DNA of 63,715 nucleotides, filler included, from Lenisia limosa (taxonomy: Eukaryota > Protista > Breviatea): NCBI GenBank assembly GCA_001655205.1. It is 5 parts of 5 records of this genome, joined end to end, with 100 filler letters (N's around TTAATTAATTAA, not from the genome) between each part and the next. Parts side by side here need not be neighbours in the genome. Positions count along the whole stretch, not along the records: positions 1 to 21,956 come from LPNZ01005441.1; positions 22,057 to 38,146 come from LPNZ01008978.1; 3 more parts are not named here. One strand, given 5' to 3'. The translations under genes and the position numbers were made by a program. Of the stretch, positions 13,271 through 24,749 are shown in pieces. The stretch's first letter is position 1; every line of letters starts with the position of its first letter. A model generated the notes under the pieces. That model saw nothing but the letters and a program-made list of their open reading frames with translations, ran no database searches and had not been told where the DNA came from.

Positions 13271-14389
13271 ATGTCTCATGGATCTTGGATCTAGAGCAGG
13301 TGGATCTACATTCGGTTTACTTTTTCCTTTCTTAGGCTGCCTTTCCATTGATATACTATATTATATAGTACATATTAATATCTATATACTATGTAGTTTA
13401 TATATAATATATATAGTATACATGTAGTATATATGATAGATGTATGATATATATATGATATAAAATGCAAAAATCCATTCAAAGTGCAAAAATCAATTCA
13501 AAATGCAAAAATCAATTCATGGTAGATATATGATATATATATATGATATATGACATATCTATATCATAGGTATGACCTGACACTGGCACTACCTTCAAAA
13601 TTAATGTTACTGTTTTTGATTTTATCAACCAAGACCTTACGGGTACCAGGACCGTTATCAAGCTATGCTATATTTATAGGTTTAAATTTAATGTAATTTC
13701 TAATTGTTACCTTTTCTTCTTTTTTAGATGCGGCTGAACTGCTCAGTAAAGATCCTGTTAAATTTAAAGATACTGTTCAAAAATCAATTAAAACTAAATT
13801 TGAATAGGGTGAATGAATTAGTTTTTGTTTGTGTATTCTTGCCCAATGAGTGGCTGGCTACCTTTGTCTTGGGTTTCGTAAACGTATTTTGGATAAAAGT
13901 GGTGTTAAAGATTCTAACAATGTTTTTCTAGAACTTCCCATTTGTAGTCTTTCTATAAAAGACCGCTGAGAAGGGACAAGGGATCACTAAAGAAAATGAA
14001 TTCCATTTTGAAATCAAATTTGACCACTCCCGCACTAGATTCCGGGCGTTTTGTGTCAGCAAATTCGGCACTATTTCGCTATTTCGGAAATGACTAGTTT
14101 CTAGTGCAGACAGACCACGTTGCTAGCTTCGGCCAGATTGATGCAGTGGGCGGTGGAACTGTAGGGATACAATGTGAAGATTGTGTTTCGTAAGGAACGA
14201 TAAGAGAATTACAACAATTTTCGTTGCGTAGTCTCTAACTAGCCTACAGTTAAGCGCAAGATGGGAAAAGATACATCTTGTGCCTAGTACAATACTAAGA
14301 ACAAAGGCTGTATCAGCTAAAAATATTCTAAGACGAAAAATGAAACAAACGCTTTCATATATTATATATGATCCCCTCACCGCGTTCGT

Positions 14390-15070
14390 GAGGACTTTCG
14401 TTAACGCTCCACGTCTGGGAGAAGATACTGTCGCCACCATCTGTGACTACATTGTTGATGCTGAGCTCGCAACCGCATCGGCAATAATCCCAACGGCGCA
14501 CGAGACGCCAGGTCCTTACTTATTTCATAAGCCACAACAGTCCCAAAGAAACAACTTCGCATGAATATACAACTTATTTTGAAGAGGGTCACTATCACTA
14601 TGACTACTTAACTTGTCACAGACATCAATCAAAGATGCCTTTGGTCAATTCCGTCCACCACAGGGATTCTGCCGAGGCTGACGATAATGCTGAGGAACTG
14701 AAGCCAGTTGCCAGGCGCCAAGGCCGTAACGGCAAGCGATGCCCTGAAGGTATGTGGTATTGTAAGTTGCAATACTATTAGTTGAGACAACTGTGATATC
14801 ACTATTACAGGATGCCAAGGAAGAAGCTGCTGAGAAGCGCCACCGGGAAGTGATGACCCACTTCGAGAAGTCCGCGAAGACGTTCTCCGACCTTTCCACC
14901 ACTCTGAACCCGTTCCTGCATTTCCAGATTCAAAAGGAAGAGAAGGTGAAGCAGTTGGATGCTGTTGATAACTGTGAATGATGATAATACTTTGCAAATA
15001 ACTCTCTCCAGAAGCAAATCCGCCAACAAAGCACCGCCAGCAGCTCTGATGACGACATCAGTGAATAATG
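14390..15070 (+). pseudogene. Frameshifted spliced gene fragment with coiled-coil tail, possibly a transposon accessory protein
   Basis: GC-richer exons with GT-AG introns; DALK|DAKEEAAEKRHREVMTHFEKSAK; family not firmly recognised. Confidence 0.25.
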
Positions 15071-15396
15071 GTTCGCTAGTGCTTTAAAAGGCAATCATAC
15101 ATATATGTGTTCAATCAATGTGACTCTCATCTAAACTTGCACCTCTCTCTCTCTTATTGTTTTAGATCATGGAGTGTATTATGTGTGTGTGTGTGTGTTA
15201 GTTACATATTATGTAGAATCCCTTTTAAGTGGCAACAAAACCTGACTTCACCTTTAAGAAAGAACAGAAAAGAAACACTAAAACATAATTACGGATAAAT
15301 GGAGCCTTTTGCTTGAGATCACTCACAATATGACATTTCTCATATTTCATCGTGTATATGATAGCTCATATCCCCTCGACGCAGACGTCGGAGATC

Positions 15397-15510
15397 TGGC
15401 ATTCGGGATTTCCGCGGTTGTTTTGTGGAGGTTCCGAGAGACGAACGAGGCTTAGCCGAGTGAGAACCAAGGAACCTCCGCAAAACAACCTCGAAAATCC
15501 TGGAATGCCA
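15397..15510. repeat. Foldback/MITE-like inverted repeat with ~40-bp arms
   Basis: 15397-15435 is the near reverse complement of 15471-15510; 12-bp direct repeat CATATCCCCTCG at 15367-15378 and 15509-15520. Confidence 0.75.
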
Positions 15511-17517
15511 TATCCCCTCGGAAACATATGGCATAACATATTTGTTCTATCACCGCAAGGCACAAAAATACATTGTCTATACAATTATACAGGGCTAAAT
15601 GTAAGTAACAATGAACTGTTGCCCATTTTGAAATTAGATTTGTACCTGTGTCAAAAAAACAATTTCAGTTAAACAATCGGGTAAAATCGGGTTTAGTGTC
15701 AGCATATGATATGTATGAAATAGGCGTTTTATCCTTTGTTTAACTTTGAAATCTTCGAAAACAAAAGGAAAAAACTGTTAGGGCCAGGAAAAACCACTGT
15801 CACTGACAGGAAAACCNNNNNNNNNNTACAATTTCAGTTAAAAAATCGGGTAAAATCGGGTTTAGTGTCAGTAGCATATATATATGATATGTTGTATTTC
15901 CATAAAATTGCAAAATAATGAATAATTTGTCAATTATCAATCTTTTTATATATGTTGTGTTGAATAGATTTTAGATGAGCGAGCGTTCATTTTTCTATCA
16001 GTTTACAATGTTATTGTTTATTCCTTTTCCCCATGACCAGCAACAGTCAAAAAGGTCTCCAAAACGTGTTCCAATTTCAATATTCATTCAGTANNNNNNN
16101 NNNCTAGCATATGATATGTATGAAATAGGCGTTTTATCCTTTGTTTAACTTTGAAATCTTGGAAAACAAAAGGAAAAAACTGTTAGGGCCAGGAAAAACC
16201 ACTGTCACTGACAGGAAAACCAATTCACTTCCAACCTTTTGTATTTCTCAATTCCTCTGAGTAGCATGATTAGCTTAGGGTCTTCACTGCGGAGGCAAAC
16301 TCAAAAGTGGACTTGGAGTGGCTGTATGGAAGCTTCAAACAAGCTAATGCTGAGTTCTGTACAATCTCAAAGAGCATAGGGAACTGAGCGAAAGAGGTAG
16401 GAGGCGCGTATGCCGCAAGCAGAATAAGTATCCGAGAACAATCGGCTTTGCTTTGCATCACAAATTTGATAACTGCTCAGAGAAACATCATACCAGAGGA
16501 TTTGTGACTTGCATACTCTGACTGAACGTCCTCGCAGAGGCCTTGAAGGAATGGCATGCGAGACTCTGCTTCGAGTGCTGTGCTTCTGCGGCTAAACTTG
16601 GCCAATGAAGCAGAGTTGAAGACTTGTGGTTGTTGAGGGGGCTCAGATTGGTTTGGCAATGATGACGGAATAACTATGGGCACTTCATCTTTAAAAAAAG
16701 ACTTTTGTGCAGTAGAACAGTTACTACACTGCTGTGAGCCAGGTAAGGCAGAATTGTCGGACCGAGCTGGTTGAGAGGGTGGCAATATCTCATGTCCACC
16801 TTGATTATGGGTCTTGCTCCAGGAAACATATTTCATTCGTGGGTGTATAATTTTCAAAGTCGATGATATATAGTATTATGACATGACATATCAACACTAT
16901 TTTTTATACAATATTCATACTTCAGAGATGCAGCATCAGTCGCAGTACAGGATGTAGTGGTGGTTTGAAGGTTTTATCCATCAACGTTGGTTAGGTGCTG
17001 CTGAACCAGGGCACATTTAAAGATGCTCTCAAGCTTAAATGTATGAAATTCACAATTTTATTCTTCTTGGTTTCTGCATCTGTATTTAGACAAGTTATTC
17101 AATGATATATGAGGATTTTGATGAATTTTTTTTGAAAATTGACATACACTAGCTGGGAAACCGAGCCGAGTTTCTGGTTTACCAACCTGCTTTAAGACTT
17201 CGAACACAAAACCTGAGTCAAACTTAAGTCAATCCCTAAGAATTCTTACTAAAAAAAATAACTCGCAAAATTGATGCTTTTGGCGTCAAAAAAATAGAAT
17301 TTGGATGACGTCACCGAAACTTTTTGTTGGGATATCCGTGACAACTTTCTGGGTTGGCACTCTGCAACGTAACATTATTAACCTCAGAAAATCTTATGCA
17401 ATTACCAAAAAATGCGGTCACTATGTCCTCAAAATACGCCATTTTTGAAGAATGTTTCGCGAAAAGAAGAGCGTGCTTCGGATATCCCAGACTTTCCACA
17501 TTTAACAAAACAAGATA

Positions 17518-18957
17518 TTATTGGTTTCCACAAGCTACTCCAGGTACATTATCATGCTGTTGGGTGTCATCATCGGAATCATAAGCTTCATTTCTTCCAC
17601 TATCCTCCTAAAATAAAAATAACATCTTAATACCACGCTCTTTGGACTTTGACGAATTAACACACATTCCTCAGCATCAGCATCACCTAACACAACATTG
17701 GAAGGAGGAAGGCAATTTTGAAGACATTTAACAGCAGTTTCATTGAGTGAATTGAACTTAGGAAACGTAACATCAAATTGAATGAATAATTTGCCTAAAT
17801 GAACGTTTCAAAAAACCAAAAGTAAATGGTTGCTTAAATTTAGGCATTCCTTCATTCTCAATGGCTCGAAAATCCCCTGGCTTAATAATTTCGCCAACAC
17901 AGGACTGAATCTTGAGAACCCGACCATCTAATTGTTTCACAAAAAAGCAGAATCCTGTAAGTGCCTCCAATAATGTAATAGTCTTTTGAGCATGAAGGTC
18001 CATATTGTCACAGTTAACAATATAAAAAACTTCTCTGAAAAACACCATGCTCCTTTTGCTGTAAAACAATCACAACATCACCTGGCGGCCGTAAGAAGCA
18101 ATAACAAACCTCAATTCCGGGAGTTTGATCTCCTTCTCCCTTAAAATATATTTTTTGTCCATCTTTCATTCCTCTATCAATATTAACTTCAAGCACTTTC
18201 TTTTCAACAACTTTTTAAATAGTGCACAAAATACTAGTTTTATGCCCACTACACTTTTTGCAATGTTTACCAAGAGGAATTGAGCATCCCTGTCCATCAC
18301 ATGATGAACATTTCACTTGCATCTGCTGCATCATACCAGGACCAATCTTGGAATAAAAGAAAATATAAACCTGGCGAATAACCACCTTGACTCCTTGCCC
18401 TTTACATTCAACACATTTTGTATTGGTTACACTGGAAGCGCAGCCACGACAAATTATCCCAATTAAAATACCCATTACACATTGAGCAGATGACATTTTT
18501 TTGCAAAGATAATCTGGTTTTTTTCCCTAACAATAAAAAACAATTATAAAACCTTTATACAGATCTTCCAAAGTTACTTTCAAAGGATGTGTCAAATTTT
18601 CACCTTTTCTTGGGCCCTTTCTTCCACCTCCTCCAAAAACTCCACCAAAAAGTTGTGAAAACAGGTCAGAGTCATGATCAATCCCTTCTTTCAGTCCCTC
18701 CTCTCCGTACTTATCATAAATGCTCCTTTTTTCGGGATCACTCAGGATATCATACACCATTGATATTTCTTTGAACAATATTATTCAAAAAAAAAAGAAC
18801 TTTATCAGCTCCAGAAGGATTTCTATCAGGATGAAATTGCATTGCAAGTTTTCTATAAGACTTTTTAATAGTTGAGTCATCGGCAAAAAATGAATGGATA
18901 AACAAAACCTTCAGGGTTAACTCCTAATATGTCGTAAAACTTAGTGTCTGCTACCAT
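17518..18957 (-). CDS. DNAJA: Type I Hsp40 co-chaperone (DNAJA/Ydj1 family), 11 exons, ten introns of 22-26 nt
   Basis: [16 protein letters not shown]|[23 protein letters not shown] (J domain, HPD), G/F region, four zinc-finger repeats ([32 protein letters not shown]), peptide-binding domain, C-terminal CGNQ* (CaaX-like). No exonic stop or frameshift once the introns are removed. Confidence 0.93.
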
Positions 18958-19621
18958 TATGCTCTGATGTAACAAGACGTTATAAAGACGTTATTGGCAA
19001 GTTATTGGTTCAAATTCTTTTAAAGGTCTAACCTGAGCATGGGGTAGTAGAATATATTATATCTGGGGTTATCGACCTGTTGAGTACATTTGCAAGTCTC
19101 AATCTCCCGCTCCTTGATTGACAGAAAAACTTGATTGCGCGGGTCAAAAGGAAATCTTATTGACAATGTGACTTGCACGGGCTTTGTGGGTTCAATCGTT
19201 CACAAAATTATACGACTGGCAGTGTGGCTTATTTTAATACGTTTTAAGATAAATATAGTTGGAGACAAACAGTAGAGGCGATAGCTTATCCCATCGATCA
19301 GATTGGCTTGGGAAATAAATCGGAGAACTCTAAAAAATGTCTCTTACACACTTTCAAATGTTGTTAGACAGTGTTTGGTTCTGTGTTTGGAAAATTTAAA
19401 CCTCATAGTGGCGAGAAAATCAACTTAGTGACCCCCAAACTGAGGATTATTACCTTGGCCAAAATCTTGAGGTGGTACGTCAACGTTTCCCTAGAAAGAC
19501 GAAAAAAAACAAGTTACACCATCATACATATAAGATATTATTGGAATTTAAATAAATTCATCCTCTTTTTTTTGATATTTTTAACCTCAACCCCATTACC
19601 TCTCTCTAAGTATCCCTAGAT

Positions 19622-19895
19622 TGTCAGGTCTGTGGACCTGAGTGAGCTTGGCGTAGCAATTGAGAAGCTTGGGAAGTTGACGCCCTTCCAGTCTCCGCGG
19701 CCTGCGCTGGCCCTGACGATCCTGGGTTTGTTATTTGAGTGTAATCTGTACTGATTTGAAAGTTTTCTTTTTTTACTCACAGCATACCCCCAGCTCAGAG
19801 CCGTTGCTTTGGCGATGCTCAGCCACGCAGAAGTGGAAAGGACGCGGGTTGATGTCTCTGAGGCGGACTATGAAAATGTCTTACTTCACTGTATT
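19622..19895 (+). mobile_element. hAT transposase C-terminal (dimerisation domain) remnant
   Basis: Spliced fragment AYPQLRAVALAMLSHAEVERT resembles the yP.L..lA...Ls.....vER.fS motif with an internal deletion. Confidence 0.45.
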
Positions 19896-21956
19896 CTAAT
19901 TGCGTTTCAATAGGCCTCTTCTTGAACAGAGTTCATTATTATTCTAAATCGTGATTGGGTTTTTAAATGAAAATAGGGGTGGGGGTGGGTTGACTTTCTC
20001 TTGAATGTTGTAACTGGAAACATCTTTGTAGGTGATTCATCGTTGTTAAAGGTTCATCTTGTTTACAACCCCCAAGTAATCATCACCTCTTTGGATTATC
20101 AAATTTTGGTTAGCTCTTATGGTATGCAGGATTTTCCCATCATATAGTGTCCTCTTTTATGTCACAGATTAAGGCAGTAGTTTCATCTTCACGGACTCCT
20201 TCACTAATATTTTGTGTTTTGATAGAAATCTCAAATCATTTTAAGGACAAGGAATTCTTTTCAAGGGACAAGGAATAATCTTTTCAAGGGATAGTGGAAT
20301 ACTATTACCTATCATCCCTGCTCTCTGAGGGCCTCTTTCATTTTTAGCAACCCAACACGCTATACAGTTGATTCTTTCACTGATTCTCGTTGAAAAATAT
20401 CCATTGGCAAATAACAACACAGAAAGCTCCCGAGAGGCAGTAGAGCTAAAGGCCATAAGACAGTGTGAAACAGTAAAACAATATCAAAATCCTCGTTGTC
20501 AGCAAATCCCCCCACAAGCTAAATCATCGCTCGGTTGCAAATCAGAGCCTCATACATTATTGTCAGTGAAGCATGGGACTAAATAGTAAGATCAGTCACC
20601 ACAATGTAAGAATAGGCGTTCGAATGATATGACATTATGCCCCACCTCCTATTAAAGATGAAACAAAATAGACTTTTTGGAATTTCGATTTGGGAAACAA
20701 ATTGTGTGGCTCGGTAAGTTTCCCAAACTGTCGAAATCCTAAAAGAAAATACATATCCCTATCCACANNNNNNNNNNNNNNNNNNNNNNNNNNNNNNNNN
20801 NNNNNNNNNNNNNNNNNNNNNNNNNNNNNNNNNNNNNNNNNNNNNNNNNNNNNNNNNNNGTATGTAATATATGATATGAGTAATCATTGTCAGAAATAAA
20901 ATAATGATAGAATTCAAGATAATTCCCTAGGCTGCCATTGCACATCAACGAAAAAATGGAGCCAAAATTTCCAATTGACGGGGAGTGGGAGGTGGGTGTT
21001 AAAGTAGCTAACTGGGGACATTGATGCCAATAAATGGGATATTCTCTTCAAGGGCTTGTTCATTTGTTCAACACCCTGTGTTTTCAGAGCCACAACAGAA
21101 AGAAATCGGAAACAAAAAAAAACACAACCAGTTGAACCTGCGAAGAGAGTTAAAATAGCTCTGCTATCAAAATTTCCAGAAAATATAAACGACTATATAT
21201 TATGATATGATTGTCATTATAATTGGTATTTGGGGAAATTAAATTCTGCAACGTATTAAGATATGGGGGGGGGGGTACAGTTGGAACATTAATGAAACAA
21301 AAAAGAGGCCCATAATTCATAACACAAAATGATTGAAAACAACAAAACAAACAAAGCCCAAACCAGTCGCTTCTGAAACACCACACCCACGGTATTATTT
21401 AGTATCACGTGTGAAAGGTATGGGTGTTTAGAATACTCAAAACAAAAAGTAGAGAGGGTATAATATAAAGTGTACATCTGGTGGTGGTGGGACCTACTAC
21501 ACTTTTAATTATACTCTCTCTACTCCTTGTTCTTAACCCTCCCCCCTCTGTGTCTCTACACTTGAAGTGAATAGCCGCCCCGCCCCCTCCACCCATATCT
21601 TAAAATTTTAAGATTTCCGGGAGATGTATATATTCAGTAAGTGGGGTAGGTATGGGGGTGAATGGCAGGTAAGAGCAAACAGGCTTTAATATTAATCTTT
21701 CAGAATGTTGATACTGTCACAGAATAAGTCTTTTCAGTGTTGGTTCCCAAGATCATTCAGGACAAAGCGCAGTTGAACCTTGACCCGGCCACTTGGTCAC
21801 TCTTCATTGTTGATAGGCACACTTCCCGATACGCACCTCTTGCACTCCAGTCACATCATCCTCTATCTTCTTCCTTTCCACACTTCTCATACACAGCCTC
21901 GACCTTGTCACATTTGGTGTTCTTAAGACCGTTCTTCACCAGCAGTACAGTTCACT

Positions 21957-22056
21957 NNNNNNNNNNNNNNNNNNNNNNNNNNNNNNNNNNNNNNNNNNNN
22001 TTAATTAATTAANNNNNNNNNNNNNNNNNNNNNNNNNNNNNNNNNNNNNNNNNNNN
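21957..22056. other. Artificial scaffold-joining spacer (44 N + TTAATTAATTAA + 44 N)
   Basis: Exactly 100 bp; the 12-mer gives stop codons in all six frames; the same structure occurs four times. Confidence 0.95.
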
Positions 22057-22188
22057 CAAAGGCACAGGTCTCACCCGTTCTTTTGGTCGGTGCATGATAT
22101 CATTGTCTGGGACCATCTGAGCTTCAGATTTTCATACTAGTACTTCTTTATCCTATATATTGTACAAACTAATATGATGACCGTTTAG

Positions 22189-23129
22189 GTTCTCAACCGT
22201 GTGAGTGTGTACTCGCCTAGAGGGGACATTGTGTTGCATGGTGGGTGCAAGGGGACTGGAGGGGCAGCTGATGAGGTCAACATAGTGGTAACGTCCCCAC
22301 CCCCCAGACGTGAGCCTAGTTGTCAACCGTCACGCTAATGTCCTGATAACCGGGCCCTCGGGGTGTGGCAAGTCCTCGCTCCTCCGTGCCATCAGCGGCG
22401 TCTGGAACACGTTTAGTGGGCAAATCCTTCGCCCGCGTGACGCCAATTGCGTCTTTCTCCCCCACTTGCCGCACTTGGGCTTCAGGACTCTGGCCGATAT
22501 TCTCACGTACCCCCAGACTTTTGACGAGTATGCCTGGGGTATGACTTACTTTTGTTGTCGGCGTTTCTTGGTATATGGCCTGAAATGCCTGGACGAACAA
22601 ATGTCCTTTCTTCATTTATGTTTCTTATTGAGAGATATTGTATTTGTTAGCCTGATGTGCAGATATCATGGGGTAACACTCCAGAACAAACATGTCACTG
22701 AGGGAGCTCAAGAAGATAGTGAAGACCCTGGGGCTGCAGAAGATCGCGGCTCGAGCCAAAGGCTGGATGGAGCCTGTCGAATGGGAGGCGATCCTATCCC
22801 TTGGCGAACAGCAGCTATTGCAGGTTTGTGCCGAGGGTAAAAACTCGGGTACTTCCGTGNNNNNNNNNNNNNNNNNNNNNNNNNNNNNNNNNNNNNNNNN
22901 NNNNNNNNNNNNNNNNNNNNNNNNNNNNNNNNNNNNNNNNNNNNNNNNNNNNNNNNNNNNNNNNNNNNNNNNNNNNNNNNNNNNNNNNNNNNNNNNNNNC
23001 GGGCTGGATATAGATACCGAAACACGGGTCCTGAAGGCTGTAAATCGCATTGGTGGGAGGGGAGAATTGGTTATAATGGTGGGAGGGGAGGGGTTAAAAC
23101 GAAGAAGTTTATCTGACGGTTTGTACTAA
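22189..23129 (+). CDS. ABCD: ABC transporter subfamily D (peroxisomal type), nucleotide-binding domain; 5' part lost at the scaffold edge
   Basis: VLNRVSVYSPRGDIVLH|DVSLVV..NVLITGPSGCGKSSLLRAISGVW (Walker A), VFLPHLPHLG..TLADILTYP, W..ILSLGEQQ (ABCD signature), GLDIDTETRV; canonical GT-AG introns. Confidence 0.88.
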
Positions 23130-23329
23130 TACGTATTTCCATTTTGTGGTCCTATGGGTGACGATCATGATGTCCCCCCCCCCCCCNNNNNNNNNNNNNN
23201 NNNNNNNNNNNNNNNNNNNNNNNNNNNNNNNNNNNNNNNNNNNNNNNNNNNNNNNNNNNNNNNNNNNNCGCTTCCGTCGTCAATGGAGTGGGTTGATGTC
23301 TTTGCGCGCCTTATTTCGTACATATTCTA

Positions 23330-24420
23330 ACCCCATAGTCATGGAAGATAGTCTACCAGGAACATGCCCAACACAAACCTCCCGTGACACAGACCTCCGG
23401 TCTAACGGGGGTGGTTCTCAGCTCTGATGTTCCAAAATATGAGGCCAGTCGCAATGTGGGGCTTGACCTGTCGTCGTTCCCCTTGATGGCTGATCGCGGC
23501 CCAAGTCCAATGGGTATGCGGCATCTCAACTGGTGCTTGGTGGTATGTTCTCATCTTTGCCCCCCCCCCCCANNNNNNNNNNNNNNNNNNNNNNNNNNNN
23601 NNNNNNNNNNNNNNNNNNNNNNNNNNNNNNNNNNNNNNNNNNNNNNNNNNNNNNNNNNNNNNNNNNNNNNNNNNNNNNNNNNNNCCCTCGGTATTCCCCT
23701 TCAAATGTAAGAAGCACTTATGAGATTGATTTGGTCGTTGTGCCTCTGGATAAGGCGTGAGACGAAGTAATAAGTCATTCACGCATGAGCATTGGAAAGT
23801 GATATTTCAGAAATCCTTCACGCAGGAGCATTGGAAAGAGTCTGGACGATCACCTTCACCCTTATCTACGTTTATGGGCTCATATCCAATAATATACATA
23901 CAGTTATGTTATGTGGGTTACATTCAACTATTATTTTAGATGAAGTAAAATGACATGGACAAAGTTGTTTATCAAAGGACAAAGGATCACCATTCAGCCC
24001 TCCCACCGCGACCCCTCGACGGAGCCGACGACCTCCAACTCCACCGGCTCGGAGGCCACTCACGCCCAACCGGCTAACAACGCCATGTCACGACCATCAC
24101 GACTACCATGAGGCTGACCAGCATGTACGATCGGTAGATCGTAATGAGGCTCGAGAGGACCGGTGTTCCGATCGGATCAGCAGAAGTGACGGAAGTAACA
24201 GAAATGCACTTCGCAGCCCCTTGCGAGATCAAACTGACAGAAATGGAACTGTGGGGGGGGGGGGAGAGGCAAATTATGACGAAAGTNNNNNNNNNNNNNN
24301 NNNNNNNNNNNNNNNNNNNNNNNNNNNNNNNNNNNNNNNNNNNNAGTTCAGTCGCCGAATGGAAGCGAACGATCTGTTTCCTACTCCGAAGTGAGGGGCC
24401 ATGGAGTATCTTAGAAGCTA
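23330..24420 (+). CDS. Hypothetical spliced protein with Pro/Arg/Ser-rich low-complexity region
   Basis: GC-richer segments bounded by AG/GT, for example SPFSPPTATPRRSRRPPTPPARRPLTPNR; interrupted by N gaps. Confidence 0.35.
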
Positions 24421-24749
24421 AAGGGCAAGCAGACAGCATTCGAATTTTATTTTTGACTTTTCAGTTTTCTTCTGAGCCTCAATCTAAAGATGGCTACACT
24501 AGAATTACCTAACACATGTTTCTTATTTGTTTTTTTTGACCTGTTTTGTTTTTTGATGTTTCAGCGTAGTTGCGTACGCTGTGTATTTTAATGGATGTAA
24601 ACATTTGATCTCAATGCCCAGTATTTCTAGTTGAATTAATTTGTTTCTATATTAATTGGCGGAGCACAAGTTATAAGTTAATACATACATTATCAGATTT
24701 CACGACAAATCATTCATACCAAACATATACCATACACATATATTACATT

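Noticed and set aside
13330-13580. TA/ATATG-rich tract as a functional element
   Set aside because: Low-complexity ATATG/ATATC runs recur in many introns and spacers and look like simple-sequence expansion.
16270-16857. LINE endonuclease (ILLAAYAPP resembles the vYaP motif)
   Set aside because: No downstream GDFN or SDH motifs and no reverse transcriptase nearby; kept only as an unidentified decayed frame.
16900-17500. A further tiny-intron gene convergent with DnaJA (candidate 24-nt and 19-nt GT-AG segments near 16974 and 17368)
   Set aside because: No continuous recognisable protein could be assembled, so it cannot be supported without RNA data.
19980-20200. Polymerase-like words on the minus strand (RGDDY, YKDVSSY)
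   Set aside because: Short, separated by stops, and lacking the other motifs of RdRp, RT or protein-primed PolB.
21700-21956. Chromodomain-like fragment on the minus strand (KWPG...SWEP)
   Set aside because: Contains stops, spacing is off, and it is cut by the scaffold end.
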